A stretch of 64,000 bases of DNA. Source: an uncultured Bacteroidales bacterium (lineage in GTDB: Bacteria; Bacteroidota; Bacteroidia; Bacteroidales; UBA3663). Positions 53,179-63,001 of the stretch are shown here, one piece after another. Made by a program: the position numbers and the translations under genes. The notes beneath the pieces are model-generated. The model did not search any database and was not told the origin of the DNA. It worked only from the letters and a program-made list of their open reading frames with translations. The stretch spans positions 2,184-66,183 of the forward strand of contig CALBPV010000036.1 in assembly GCA_937899265.1 (NCBI GenBank). The letters run 5' to 3'. Within the stretch, counting starts at the first letter, position 1. Each line of letters begins with the position of its first letter.

Positions 53179-55701
53179 TTAATCGGTTGTTGTGGGTTCA
53201 TTTTTCATCAATCGGACGGAGAAAGTCTTGGGGAAATAGTTGTTGGTGGCACTTTGGAAACGCACCTTGACGTTAGGTTTGTCGCGCAGCATGGCGACGG
53301 GCACAGATACCGTCACATCGAAGAATTTGTTCTTCCCCTTGGGACGTGCCGTCATGGGGACATCGACCTCCTGAAGCCGGGTGCCGTCCACAAAGATGAC
53401 ACCTGCACGTCCTCTGTCGCTGACCGTGAAACGCAACATAAGTACCACCTCGGTTTCCTGGGCAGGAATCTTGTCGGTGGAAAGGGCGTACTCAAACCAC
53501 TGGTCGGAAGGAGCGTCGCGGAACGTCTCGGAGTTGAGGTTGCCGTGGGTATTGATTTTGGAGGTGGCCATGGCATGCTGCCGTTCGGAGGCCTCATCGC
53601 CCGGACGCACTTGGTCGTAGGTATTGCTTTCCATCTCGGCTGCCCGCAACTCTTCCTGATAGAGCGGGTTGCGTATCCAAGCCGACTCGGTCTGCTGGTT
53701 CCAATAGAGGGTGTACCGCTGGTGGTGGATGTCGTAGAAGGGACGCACCTCAACGTTGTGCCACAGCGAACCCTTGGCCGTAGCATCTACATTTAAAATA
53801 AGGTGTGCTGCATCCTTGAACTTAATCTTGGAAGGAATGCTGCCTCGATCACATATCAACATGGGAGACAATGCCAAAGAGGGGAACTTGCCTCGAACGG
53901 AGGGCTCGTGGTCGTGCTGGCCTTCGCGTCCATATTCGTTGGACAGAAGTTCGTAACGCTCCTCCCCCGGTTTGGTGCCGGTTTCTACAGCGGCAAGCAC
54001 TGACGGTCCCATCCTGAGCGCAATATAGTTGCTTACGTTGGGACACGGATCGAAAGAGAACATCATCGGATAGTTCACCTCTATCACGTCTCCCGCATTC
54101 CAGGTCTTTCCACAATAGATAAAGCCGGCCTTGCGGGGTTTGACGTCACGCAGACCCTTGACAGGTTGTCCGTTGACGGTGATTTCGTATTTGGGACCGG
54201 CCCAGGCCGGATGGCGAATCGCCAGTTTGTAATGTCCGGGCTTGGTAATCTTGATGGTCGATTTGGAACCGTAGGGATAATTGGACTCCTGACGGAGACC
54301 GAACTCGGCATTGTTGAGCTCGGAGGCGATGAAGAGATTGACAAACAAGGTGTCGTCATCGTAGGAATAAATCCACTCGCCGTATTTGGAGTGCAGTTCC
54401 ATGCCCGTGCCTACGCAGCACCACATCGACTCGTTGATGGTGGAGTAGATGCGGTAGGACGACGGACGCGACGGGGTGTAGAAAGCATAACCGCCCGTCT
54501 CGGGGTCGAGTGTGCCGAGAATGTGGTTGAGCTGTACATTCTCATAGTAATCCACCATCGAAGGGTCGTGGGTGACTTGGAAGAGATACTGCGTGATTTT
54601 CATCATGTCTGACGAATTGCAGGTCTCGGGGCCGTCGGCTTCGGTGATGTATCGTCCGGTCTTGTCGGCGGGCTGGTAGTAGGATGCCACCCCCGAACCG
54701 CCGAAACATACGGTGCGGTTGTGGACTACGTCTTTCCAATAGTTGAACGAAGCCTGGAGATACCGGTCATCGCGTTTGAGCTGGGCTATGCGGGCGTTAC
54801 CCACAAACTTGCCCGACATTTCGTCGGCATGTTTGAGGTCGAGGAACTTGTGGTCGTCATCCCCCAGCAGGTTCTCAATCACAATCTGATGGGAGAATTT
54901 CTTGGCAGCGTCCATATATTTGCCGCCTCCCAAAAGAACGTTGGCATCGGCCAAAACCTCGTTGATGGAACCGGCTTCCCACTGCAGAATCTGCATCTCC
55001 ATGATATCCTGGGTGAAGAGCGAGACAGACTTGATAATCCAATCGCAGAGCTTGCGATACTCGTCTTTGGCCTTTGTGCTGCCGGTATAGACGTAGGCAT
55101 CGCGCAGACCGGAAAGGATTTTCTGTTCGCAATAATAGGGAATCCAGTTACCGTATTGGTTGTAGATACGGTAGTCGCCGTCGATGAGGGTCTTCCAAAT
55201 CTCATTGTTGGGAATGCCCCCGAGGAACCCTTCCATACCGGGCTGTTTGGCAAAAGCTTCCTGACAGTCGCCCAAAACCTGGAGCATATAGTCGATACGC
55301 TCCTTGTATTTGCCCTTCAGAACCGGATCGTGACAGGCGGCGTATGCATAACTGAGCGCCGAGAGATAATGGCCTCCGATGTGGCCGTCGAACGCAGTGG
55401 AATTCACCCACGCCCAAGAGGGGAAGTTGGGGTGGTCGTACTCCCACTGATAATAGGGCGAAGACTCGTTGGCTGTCTTGGACAGTCCGGACTGGCGGAT
55501 AAAGGGAGTGAGAATACGCTTGACGTCGTAGTCCAAAAGTGTCTTGAAATTGCGTTCCTGTGCTTCGCGGAAACGGCCTTCCAGAAGGGTGACATCCTGC
55601 AAGTTGAAACGCGTCTCGTCCAAAACATGCTGTCCGAATGCGCTGAGTGCATTCAGAACCATCGCCAGAGCGAGCAGGAATATGTTTTTGGACATTGACA
55701 T
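53179..55701 (-). CDS. GH127/GH146-type (DUF1680) beta-L-arabinofuranosidase-like glycoside hydrolase
   Basis: Signal peptide present. Motifs FDGHIGGHYLSALSYAY and SMWCCVGTGME (Cys pair of the GH127 metal site). 840 aa with an extra C-terminal beta-domain. Confidence 0.75.
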   Translation of the reverse strand: MSMSKNIFLLALAMVLNALSAFGQHVLDETRFNLQDVTLLEGRFREAQERNFKTLLDYDVKRILTPFIRQSGLSKTANESSPYYQWEYDHPNFPSWAWVNSTAFDGHIGGHYLSALSYAYAACHDPVLKGKYKERIDYMLQVLGDCQEAFAKQPGMEGFLGGIPNNEIWKTLIDGDYRIYNQYGNWIPYYCEQKILSGLRDAYVYTGSTKAKDEYRKLCDWIIKSVSLFTQDIMEMQILQWEAGSINEVLADANVLLGGGKYMDAAKKFSHQIVIENLLGDDDHKFLDLKHADEMSGKFVGNARIAQLKRDDRYLQASFNYWKDVVHNRTVCFGGSGVASYYQPADKTGRYITEADGPETCNSSDMMKITQYLFQVTHDPSMVDYYENVQLNHILGTLDPETGGYAFYTPSRPSSYRIYSTINESMWCCVGTGMELHSKYGEWIYSYDDDTLFVNLFIASELNNAEFGLRQESNYPYGSKSTIKITKPGHYKLAIRHPAWAGPKYEITVNGQPVKGLRDVKPRKAGFIYCGKTWNAGDVIEVNYPMMFSFDPCPNVSNYIALRMGPSVLAAVETGTKPGEERYELLSNEYGREGQHDHEPSVRGKFPSLALSPMLICDRGSIPSKIKFKDAAHLILNVDATAKGSLWHNVEVRPFYDIHHQRYTLYWNQQTESAWIRNPLYQEELRAAEMESNTYDQVRPGDEASERQHAMATSKINTHGNLNSETFRDAPSDQWFEYALSTDKIPAQETEVVLMLRFTVSDRGRAGVIFVDGTRLQEVDVPMTARPKGKNKFFDVTVSVPVAMLRDKPNVKVRFQSATNNYFPKTFSVRLMKNEPTTTD

Positions 55702-55714
55702 CTATGCGTTCAGT

Positions 55715-56710
55715 TTATTGTAAAGCCAGACGGAAGCCGCAATAGGCAATCGCGCTGTGGAGACTTTCCTCCGAGGTGTAGGAACTGCGTATGAACTTAC
55801 GGCGGTTGGCCGGACAGTAGTATTGGGATTTCTGCTGGGTCCAGGTGCCACCGCGGAGAATGAGCGTGTCGCCCAGGCCTGCAAGAGCCGTTTCGTTCTT
55901 GAGCGGAGGATTGATGGTGTCGGCAGCGGAATATTTGTAGTAGCTGTTCTGTACCCACTCGGCCACGTTTCCGCTCATGTCGCAGAGACCCAGTTCATTG
56001 GCCTTGAGCTGACCGCCTTCATGCACGCCGTAATTACTGCCGGTCACACCCTGGGCACAAGCGTTGGAATAGCACCACGAAGTCTCGGTGTAGTCGTCCG
56101 ACCCGATGTATCGGTATCCCAGACAATAGCGTCCGCCGCGTGCAGCGCATTCCCATTGTGCCTCGGTGGGCAGGTGGAAGTGCAGACCTGTCTTGGCATT
56201 CAGTGCCTCACAGAAAGCGACGGCATCGTCGTAGCTGATGTTATAGGCTGCTATGGTGTCGCCCAGGCCGGTCTCTTTGTACCATGCTGCGTTGCGCTCC
56301 ACCTCGGGAATCTTGCAGTAACGACCCGTAGGAAGGACATTCCCCATGACGGCTTTCCATTCGCCCTGAGTCACCTCGTAGCGTCCGATGTAATAATCGG
56401 ACATCGAAACGGTGATGACCGGGCCTACCCATGTGGCCGTATCGGACTTGGAATAGGCAAAATAGTTGGCCAGGGATGTGCTCTTCAATTGAGCGCCCAT
56501 GTAGAACAGCGTGTTTTCAACCTTGACCATATTGTTGATAAGCCCGGTGATGACGGCTTTGTCGTTTTCGGACACACCGTTCCATACCACTTCGCCCACG
56601 GGGAAAACCTGACGGTCATACAAGATGCCGGTCTCATCTTCGTCGCAAGCAGTGAATGTCACACATGCGGCCAAACACAATATGGCAGAAGCCAAAATCT
56701 TTATCTTCAT
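55715..56710 (-). CDS. Formylglycine-generating-enzyme (SUMF1/FGE-sulfatase) domain lipoprotein
   Basis: Lipobox LCLAACVTFTAC. Motifs LPTEAQWECAARGG, GLCDMSGNVAEWVQN, LRGGTW and GFRLA. Confidence 0.8.
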   Translation of the reverse strand: MKIKILASAILCLAACVTFTACDEDETGILYDRQVFPVGEVVWNGVSENDKAVITGLINNMVKVENTLFYMGAQLKSTSLANYFAYSKSDTATWVGPVITVSMSDYYIGRYEVTQGEWKAVMGNVLPTGRYCKIPEVERNAAWYKETGLGDTIAAYNISYDDAVAFCEALNAKTGLHFHLPTEAQWECAARGGRYCLGYRYIGSDDYTETSWCYSNACAQGVTGSNYGVHEGGQLKANELGLCDMSGNVAEWVQNSYYKYSAADTINPPLKNETALAGLGDTLILRGGTWTQQKSQYYCPANRRKFIRSSYTSEESLHSAIAYCGFRLALQ

Positions 56711-56739
56711 TTTTATTGCTTTCTTCTTATATCGCGCTG

Positions 56740-56747
56740 CAAATATA
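56740..56747 (-). promoter_or_regulatory. -7 box (TATATTTG on minus strand) for the FGE-domain gene
   Basis: The plus strand reads caaatata, 30 nt upstream of ATG 56710. Confidence 0.45.
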
Positions 56748-56852
56748 CAAATAAATTTTCAATTAATCAACATTTCAACCTGTATATTTGCAGATTTTTT
56801 CAAAATTAACTGTTTTTTGTCCGATTTTGCCCCCAACTCTCCTCTTTTTCCC

Positions 56853-58187
56853 TTACAAAGTCGGCAAAGAGATGCCGTTTATCTTACGATAAAGGTCGAG
56901 TGCATATTCATCGGTCATGCCGCTGATATAATCCAACACGGCAAGCAGACGGCAGTAAAGCACCGGAGAACGCATCTCGTATTGTCCGGGCACCCGGGAG
57001 AGCAACAGGCGGGAAGCCGTATGGTCGGGCCAAAGCACGGCTTCGAGATAGCGGTCGAGCAGAACCGAGAAAATTCTGTGGCCTGCAATTTCGATATCGA
57101 CCACATCGGAGGTGTTGTAGATTTTGGAACGTGCCACCTCGGAACAACGCTGATAGGCTCGCTTGGGGGTCTCGGAGATGAGGTTCATGAGCGGTGTCAT
57201 GAAGTGCCCGTGCAGAATGTCCTCCTCGTGGGATATGAAAGCCTCCGAACACTCGTGCACCAGCGTTCCGATGGCACACGAACGAAGGTAGGCTATCTGC
57301 TCGTTGATATCGCTCACAAAGAGCTGCAGCCGCTCTTCCACCTGAAGACGACGTTCTCCTTCGAGGAATCCCAGAAGAAGCTCCTTGGTTTCTTCGGTCG
57401 AGAGGATTTTGAGATGATGGGCGTCTTCGATGTCCATGATTTGATAACAGATGTCATCGGCCGCCTCGACAAGGAAGACCAGCGGATGACGCGAAAAACA
57501 CATTCTCTCCTCGTCAACGGGTTCGATGCCCAACTCGTCCATGACGCGATGGAATCCGTCGCTCTCGGATTTGAAATACCCGAATTTGCCCTTCTTCCCG
57601 GCGGCTGTCGAGGGATAGGGATATTTGATGACGGATGCCAGCGAGGAATAGGTCAAAGCAAAGCCTCCGGGACGCCGTCCGTTGAACTGATGGCTCAGCA
57701 GACGGAAGGCGTTGGCATTTCCCTCGAAACAGACTAAGTCCCTCCATTCCTGCTCGTCAAGTTCGGAGCGCAGACTTTTGCCGTTTCCCTCTGCAAAATA
57801 GGAGGAAATGGCACGTTCGCCGCTGTGTCCGAACGGAGGGTTTCCCATATCGTGGGCCAGACAGGCCGTTGCCACGATATCGTCTATCGAATTGAGTTTC
57901 CAAGTCCACTCCTCCCCTTTGTATTTTTCGAGGAAAGCAGCGGCTGCATTGTTGGCCAGACTGCGACCCACACACGACACTTCGAGGGAATGTGTCAAAC
58001 GGTTGTGTACAAAAACGATACCCGGGAGCGGGAACACCTGGGTTTTGGACTGCATCCGCCGGAATGCCGAGGAGAATATCAGACGGTCGTAATCGCGCTG
58101 AAATTCCGTGCGGGCATGGGGACGCAACCCGGTCAGATGTTCCTGGCCGAAACGTATGGTCGAGAGCAGTTGATCCCAATTCATCAT
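56853..58187 (-). CDS. dgt: dGTP triphosphohydrolase-like HD-domain protein
   Basis: RTEFQRDYDRLIFSSAFRRMQSKTQVF...NRLTHSLEVS...CLAHDMGNPPFGH. These are classical Dgt motifs. Confidence 0.88.
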   Translation of the reverse strand: MMNWDQLLSTIRFGQEHLTGLRPHARTEFQRDYDRLIFSSAFRRMQSKTQVFPLPGIVFVHNRLTHSLEVSCVGRSLANNAAAAFLEKYKGEEWTWKLNSIDDIVATACLAHDMGNPPFGHSGERAISSYFAEGNGKSLRSELDEQEWRDLVCFEGNANAFRLLSHQFNGRRPGGFALTYSSLASVIKYPYPSTAAGKKGKFGYFKSESDGFHRVMDELGIEPVDEERMCFSRHPLVFLVEAADDICYQIMDIEDAHHLKILSTEETKELLLGFLEGERRLQVEERLQLFVSDINEQIAYLRSCAIGTLVHECSEAFISHEEDILHGHFMTPLMNLISETPKRAYQRCSEVARSKIYNTSDVVDIEIAGHRIFSVLLDRYLEAVLWPDHTASRLLLSRVPGQYEMRSPVLYCRLLAVLDYISGMTDEYALDLYRKINGISLPTL

Positions 58188-60154
58188 AACACAATCAGTC
58201 CTCCGCGAGGTTGTAATTTGATTTTCACCGTACCTTGTTTATTCACTTTCAGCGTGGTCTGTTCGGCACGCGGCAAAAGTTCGCCCTTGCGAAGCGGGAG
58301 GTCGCGCAGACAGGTTCTCTCGCTGCGGTTCCACCCAAACGATGACAAATCCACCGTCAAATCGAGGGTTTCATCTGTGCCGTTCAGGGCTGCAACATAC
58401 CATTTTTCGCCGCTGCGACGGGCCAGGACCACATAACGGCCGGGATAGCCGTCGAGGAAACGGACCTCGTCCCAGGCGGTGGGCAGGTTGCGAATGAATT
58501 CTTTCTCGAAATCGGGCGTTTCTTCGGCGGCATTGGGCGTGAGGGCCACACAATTGACCGAGGTCTGGATAACGATGCCCGAGGCCAGTTCGAAGATATC
58601 CGTCGTGTAACGCGGGTGCCGGCTCTTGTTGTCCCGGCTCATGTATTTGTTCAGGATGATTCCGCCCCAGTCGAAACTGCCCGTAGCATTGCGCACAAAG
58701 GGATGCATCGTCAGCTCCCGGGCTTCCGTCCTGGCATGCGAGTCGGTGAAATAGACATTCTCGCTGGCCAGACATGCCTCGGACGCAATATAATTGGGGA
58801 ACATCTTTTCCCATCCTCTGGGCATCGTACATCCGTGGAAGATGACTGCCAGTCCGTAGCGGTTGGCATCCGTCAGGATATCCTCATAGAGCGCCATTGC
58901 CTCCTGCTTGTCCGAGCCGAAGAAATCCACTTTGATGCCGGCCACTCCGATTTTCCGGAGCCAAGCCATTTCTTCGTCCCGCGCTGCAGAGGTATTCATG
59001 CGGTTTCGCGGGGTTTGGGGAGCATCGTTCCACCAGCCGTTGCTGTTGTACCACAGCAGGAGTCTTACTCCCTTCGAGCGGGCATAAGCCGAAAGCTCCT
59101 CCATGCGGTCGCGTCCGATTTGGGTGTCCCAGAATCCGTCCACCAGACAGTATTCCAGACCCAACGACGAGGCCAGGTCGATGAATTTCACCTGATCGTC
59201 GTAATTGACCGAATTGTCCTGCCAGATGAGCCACGACCAGGTGTAACGTCCGGGGTTGTAGTCGCAGGATGCCTCATAACGGGGATTGACCACATCAAAA
59301 GCAATTGTTGTCTCTACAATGGGTTTGAGTGTCTCGCCCACAGTTATCGTGCGCCAAGGGGTATGGCCGGGCAGTTCCAATCCCGGTTGGCCGGAAGACT
59401 TCCCGCGCCACTCGCCGTCGTTGGGGAAGGCTATGCGGAATCCGCTCTCCGCCTCCCACTCCGTGAGATGACTGCCGCAATAACGGTTGTCAACCCCCGT
59501 TTCGCTGATTAGGACCCAGTTGTGCTCGTTGCGGAACAGAGCGGGGAATATGAAACCCTCTCCGAATTGCGACTTCTCCGTCACCGGCATGTCGGCCAGA
59601 TAATCTTCCTCGTAGCTGGGCTTGGTTTTCTCCCATCCGGTCATCGGGTCTATCTGGGGAGAAACAAACGCCGTTGCGGTGGAGGGCAGACGGAACGAAG
59701 AAACCTCCTCACGAACGACACATCCCTTGGGATTTCCGTACGAGGTGTGGTTCCCGCGCAGCAGGCGGTAGCGGAACGCTACATCGTTGTCGCTCACTTG
59801 GAATGTGACCACCATATCGTAACCGTTGGCCGAACGCAGGGTGATGTCGGCACAATTGGCCACATAGTGAGAACGTGACGCTTTGGTGCGCGTCATTTCG
59901 TAGGTTGTGTCAATCTGTGAGGTACTCACTCCCTGCCAACTGACATCGCGGGAGAAATCGGCATAGTCTGTCACCAATCCCAAACGGGATGATTCCAATG
60001 CCGGCTGTCCGTTGAGCAATACCTGATAACGGGCTTCTCCCCCGTCGTCAGAGATACGGACGGACAGTTGTCCGTTGGGTGAGGTAACAACAGTTTCCCC
60101 GGCCCACAGGGACAGAGGAGAAAGGAGAAGGAAGGCGAAGAGGACTCGTTTCAT
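58184..60154 (-). CDS. Glycoside hydrolase family 97 (SusB-like alpha-glucosidase/alpha-galactosidase)
   Basis: Signal peptide, then SPNGQLSVRISDDGGEARYQVLLNGQPALESSRLGL (GH97 N-domain). TIM barrel region ...GLEYCLVDGFWD...GIKVDFF...VIFHGCTMPRGW. Confidence 0.85.
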   Translation of the reverse strand: MKRVLFAFLLLSPLSLWAGETVVTSPNGQLSVRISDDGGEARYQVLLNGQPALESSRLGLVTDYADFSRDVSWQGVSTSQIDTTYEMTRTKASRSHYVANCADITLRSANGYDMVVTFQVSDNDVAFRYRLLRGNHTSYGNPKGCVVREEVSSFRLPSTATAFVSPQIDPMTGWEKTKPSYEEDYLADMPVTEKSQFGEGFIFPALFRNEHNWVLISETGVDNRYCGSHLTEWEAESGFRIAFPNDGEWRGKSSGQPGLELPGHTPWRTITVGETLKPIVETTIAFDVVNPRYEASCDYNPGRYTWSWLIWQDNSVNYDDQVKFIDLASSLGLEYCLVDGFWDTQIGRDRMEELSAYARSKGVRLLLWYNSNGWWNDAPQTPRNRMNTSAARDEEMAWLRKIGVAGIKVDFFGSDKQEAMALYEDILTDANRYGLAVIFHGCTMPRGWEKMFPNYIASEACLASENVYFTDSHARTEARELTMHPFVRNATGSFDWGGIILNKYMSRDNKSRHPRYTTDIFELASGIVIQTSVNCVALTPNAAEETPDFEKEFIRNLPTAWDEVRFLDGYPGRYVVLARRSGEKWYVAALNGTDETLDLTVDLSSFGWNRSERTCLRDLPLRKGELLPRAEQTTLKVNKQGTVKIKLQPRGGLIVL

Positions 60155-60187
60155 AGTTTTTTATTTGAATGTATAAATAAGTGAGGA

Positions 60188-61153
60188 CTACCTGTTGTCT
60201 TTGCTTCCGAATCGAAGGAAAAGCGAGGCAATGATGGTGCCTGAAATACTGTGCCAGGCACAAGAGATGGCGCAGGGAAGCACAGAGAGGGGTTGGGCTG
60301 CAAAGAATACCGATGCCAGATTGGTGGCCAGTCCTGCATTCTGCATTCCCACTTCGATGGAAATGGTGCGTTTTTTGGCGCTGTTGAATCCCACTATATG
60401 TCCCGTAGTCCAACCCAGCAGATAACCCAATGAATTGTGACAGAATACCACTGCAAAGGTGCCGAGGAACAGCACCCAACCTCGGGAAACGAGGTCGTCA
60501 TGAACTGTGGATATCACACCGCCCACAATGCAAGCCAGACAGATGACGCTCAATCCGGGCATCAGGCCTTGGAGGGTCGGAAAGACGGAGGAACGTCCGA
60601 ATTTCCAATTCAGGAACACTCCGAACCCCACGGGAATGACTGTGACGATGAGTATGTTCAAAAACATTCCGACGGCATCTATTTCGATGATGGCTCCTGC
60701 CGTCAGCTCCATCAGCAGAGGGGTCATGAGCGGTGCCAAAAGTGTCGAAGCACAGGTCATTCCCACCGAGAACGCCACGTCGCCGTGACACAGATAAGAC
60801 ATGATATTGCTGGAAACTCCGCCGGGGCAACAGCCTACCAGCAGGATACCGATGGCCAGCGCCGGCTCCAGCCCAAAGACCTTGACCAGAAGCCAGGCCA
60901 CACAGGGCATGATGACAAATTGGGCCACGGCACCGATGAAAATGTCCCAGGGACGTTGTAACAAGACGCGGAAATCATCGGTCGAGAGGGTCAGTCCCAT
61001 AGTCAGCATGATGAGACCGAGAATCACCGTCTGCGTTGTGCCACGCACCCAATCAAAGGTCTGTGGAACAAAAAATGTGAAGACGGCAATGCCGATAATA
61101 AACCACGAAGCATAGGCTGCAAGCCATTTGCTCAAACGCAAAAAAAGATTCAC
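60188..61153 (-). CDS. Bile acid:sodium symporter (BASS/SBF) family transporter
   Basis: Has the LLVGCCPGGVSSNIMSYLCHGDVAFSV signature and about 9-10 TM spans. Apparent GTG start. Confidence 0.85.
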   Translation of the reverse strand: MNLFLRLSKWLAAYASWFIIGIAVFTFFVPQTFDWVRGTTQTVILGLIMLTMGLTLSTDDFRVLLQRPWDIFIGAVAQFVIMPCVAWLLVKVFGLEPALAIGILLVGCCPGGVSSNIMSYLCHGDVAFSVGMTCASTLLAPLMTPLLMELTAGAIIEIDAVGMFLNILIVTVIPVGFGVFLNWKFGRSSVFPTLQGLMPGLSVICLACIVGGVISTVHDDLVSRGWVLFLGTFAVVFCHNSLGYLLGWTTGHIVGFNSAKKRTISIEVGMQNAGLATNLASVFFAAQPLSVLPCAISCAWHSISGTIIASLFLRFGSKDNR

Positions 61154-61227
61154 TCTGTTAAATGCTTTGGGGAAAATCTGTCAATTCCGATTTTTATCAA
61201 GAATTGGAGAAAGGGAACCTCTCCCCG

Positions 61228-62958
61228 TTAATCTTCGATAAACTTGAAATGCTCGTAATTCTCCTGTTTTTCGAACGCAGCTTTCTGTCCGGCAGGCACA
61301 TGGAGAATGACGTATTTGTCGTCGAACGAATTCCACTCTATCATGATGGGGCGTTGCATGGTGACATCAATCAGCGACGGACAGTTCATGAACGCCTTGG
61401 CTGCAATGCTCTTGACCGACTGGGGGAATCGCATATTCAGCAGCGTGGAACAGTCTTCGAAGGCACTCGTGGCAATGGACTCCATACGAGAAGGCAGGCT
61501 CACTTCGGCCAACGAAGAACAACCCTTGAACGTTTTGAATCCGATACGGGTCAAATGACTGGGCAAAATTATCCTGTCCAAGGTCACGCAGTTTTCAAAA
61601 CAGGCATCTCCTATCAGCACCAGCGACGACGGAAGTTCTATGCGGAAAAGGCTGCTGCATGCCGAGAAGCACAGTTCTCCGATTTGTTCCAACCCTTCGG
61701 GCAGGGTGACATCACGGATGGTGAAACAATTGGCAAAGGCGCTGGCAGCTATGTTCTTGAGCTTGGCCGGAAATTTGACATTCGTGAGCGAGACACAGTC
61801 GCGGAAGGCCGAATTGCCGATCTCGGTCACATTGTCGGGCATCTCGATGTCTCTGAGGGTACGGCAGTTGACGAAACATTGCGCGGGAATCGACGTGAGG
61901 GATGAAGGCAGGTTGACGGACGAGAGGGAAACACAGTTGAAGAATGCCCCCTCTCCTATTGTATTTATGCTCGACGGCAACTTGATTTCGCGGGTGGAAA
62001 CACAATCGGCAAAAGCGCCCGCACCGATGCTTGTGACCCCTTCCGGTATAGTGAGGCTCCACAACCGCTCTGTGCCCGCAAAAGCCTGGTCGAGAATGTG
62101 TTCCACGCCTTTCGACACGACTACATTGCCCACTATCTTGCTGGGAAACGTGTGCAGCGATTTACGGTCCGATGTCAACAGCACTCCGTGATCGTCCACA
62201 TAAAAAAGGTTGCCGATGGCCACATGAATCTGCTGCAGGTCGCAATAGTTGAAGGCTCCGGCTCCGATTTCTTTCACCTCGACCGGAATGGTGATGTTGG
62301 TAATGCCCGAACACTTCTGGAAAGCCATTTTCCCGATGGTTTTGAGATGTTGGGGAAGATAGACGGCCGACAGACTCTTACAGCTGGCGAAAGCACGTTC
62401 TCCGATTTCTTCGAGATTGTCCGGAAACTTGATATCTTTCAGCGAAACGCAGAAGGCAAATGTCCAGGCATCTACTTTGGTGATGGAATTCGGCAATTGT
62501 ATGCTTTCGAGGGTGGTGCAGTTTTCAAAGGCTGCTTCGCCGATGGCGACCACCGTTGCAGGCAAATCCAGATTCTGGATTCTCACACACCTCTCGAAGG
62601 CACTCGGCCCGATTTCTGTCAAACCCTCGGAAAGGGAAACTCTCCCCAGTTGCGTACAGCCCATGAAGGCACCGTTGCCGATGGTCGTAACGGTATAGGG
62701 CAAGGCTACGCTTCCCAAATCCGTACAATCGCGGAAGGCATAGTCATCGATGGCTACCACTTCATACTTTTTGCCGTTGTATTCCACCTCTGCGGGTACG
62801 ATGATGTCTCCCGCATAATTGTCGTCGGATTTCGCGACCTTGCAGCCTCCTTTCGTTTCTTTGTAGGTCAAATCTCCCACGACGAAGACATGTTCTCCGT
62901 TGCTGCAGCCGGTCAGTAGAAGCAGAGCTGTCAGACAACACCCGATGAACGTTTTCAT
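61228..62958 (-). CDS. BspA-type leucine-rich-repeat lipoprotein
   Basis: Lipobox LLLLTGCSNGE. About 20 repeats of the pattern LP..L..IG..AF..C..L..I. Confidence 0.85.
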   Translation of the reverse strand: MKTFIGCCLTALLLLTGCSNGEHVFVVGDLTYKETKGGCKVAKSDDNYAGDIIVPAEVEYNGKKYEVVAIDDYAFRDCTDLGSVALPYTVTTIGNGAFMGCTQLGRVSLSEGLTEIGPSAFERCVRIQNLDLPATVVAIGEAAFENCTTLESIQLPNSITKVDAWTFAFCVSLKDIKFPDNLEEIGERAFASCKSLSAVYLPQHLKTIGKMAFQKCSGITNITIPVEVKEIGAGAFNYCDLQQIHVAIGNLFYVDDHGVLLTSDRKSLHTFPSKIVGNVVVSKGVEHILDQAFAGTERLWSLTIPEGVTSIGAGAFADCVSTREIKLPSSINTIGEGAFFNCVSLSSVNLPSSLTSIPAQCFVNCRTLRDIEMPDNVTEIGNSAFRDCVSLTNVKFPAKLKNIAASAFANCFTIRDVTLPEGLEQIGELCFSACSSLFRIELPSSLVLIGDACFENCVTLDRIILPSHLTRIGFKTFKGCSSLAEVSLPSRMESIATSAFEDCSTLLNMRFPQSVKSIAAKAFMNCPSLIDVTMQRPIMIEWNSFDDKYVILHVPAGQKAAFEKQENYEHFKFIED

Positions 62959-63001
62959 TATTTTCTGGTAATTGTTTTGTAATACACCGACAACCGGGTT
63001 G

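Noticed and set aside
56783-56790. Plus-strand TATATTTG box pointing into the 3' end of dgt (possible antisense or small RNA promoter)
   Set aside because: It is a single 8-mer in an AT-rich intergenic region with no downstream ORF or structure. Chance occurrence is likely; only transcription-start mapping could revive it.
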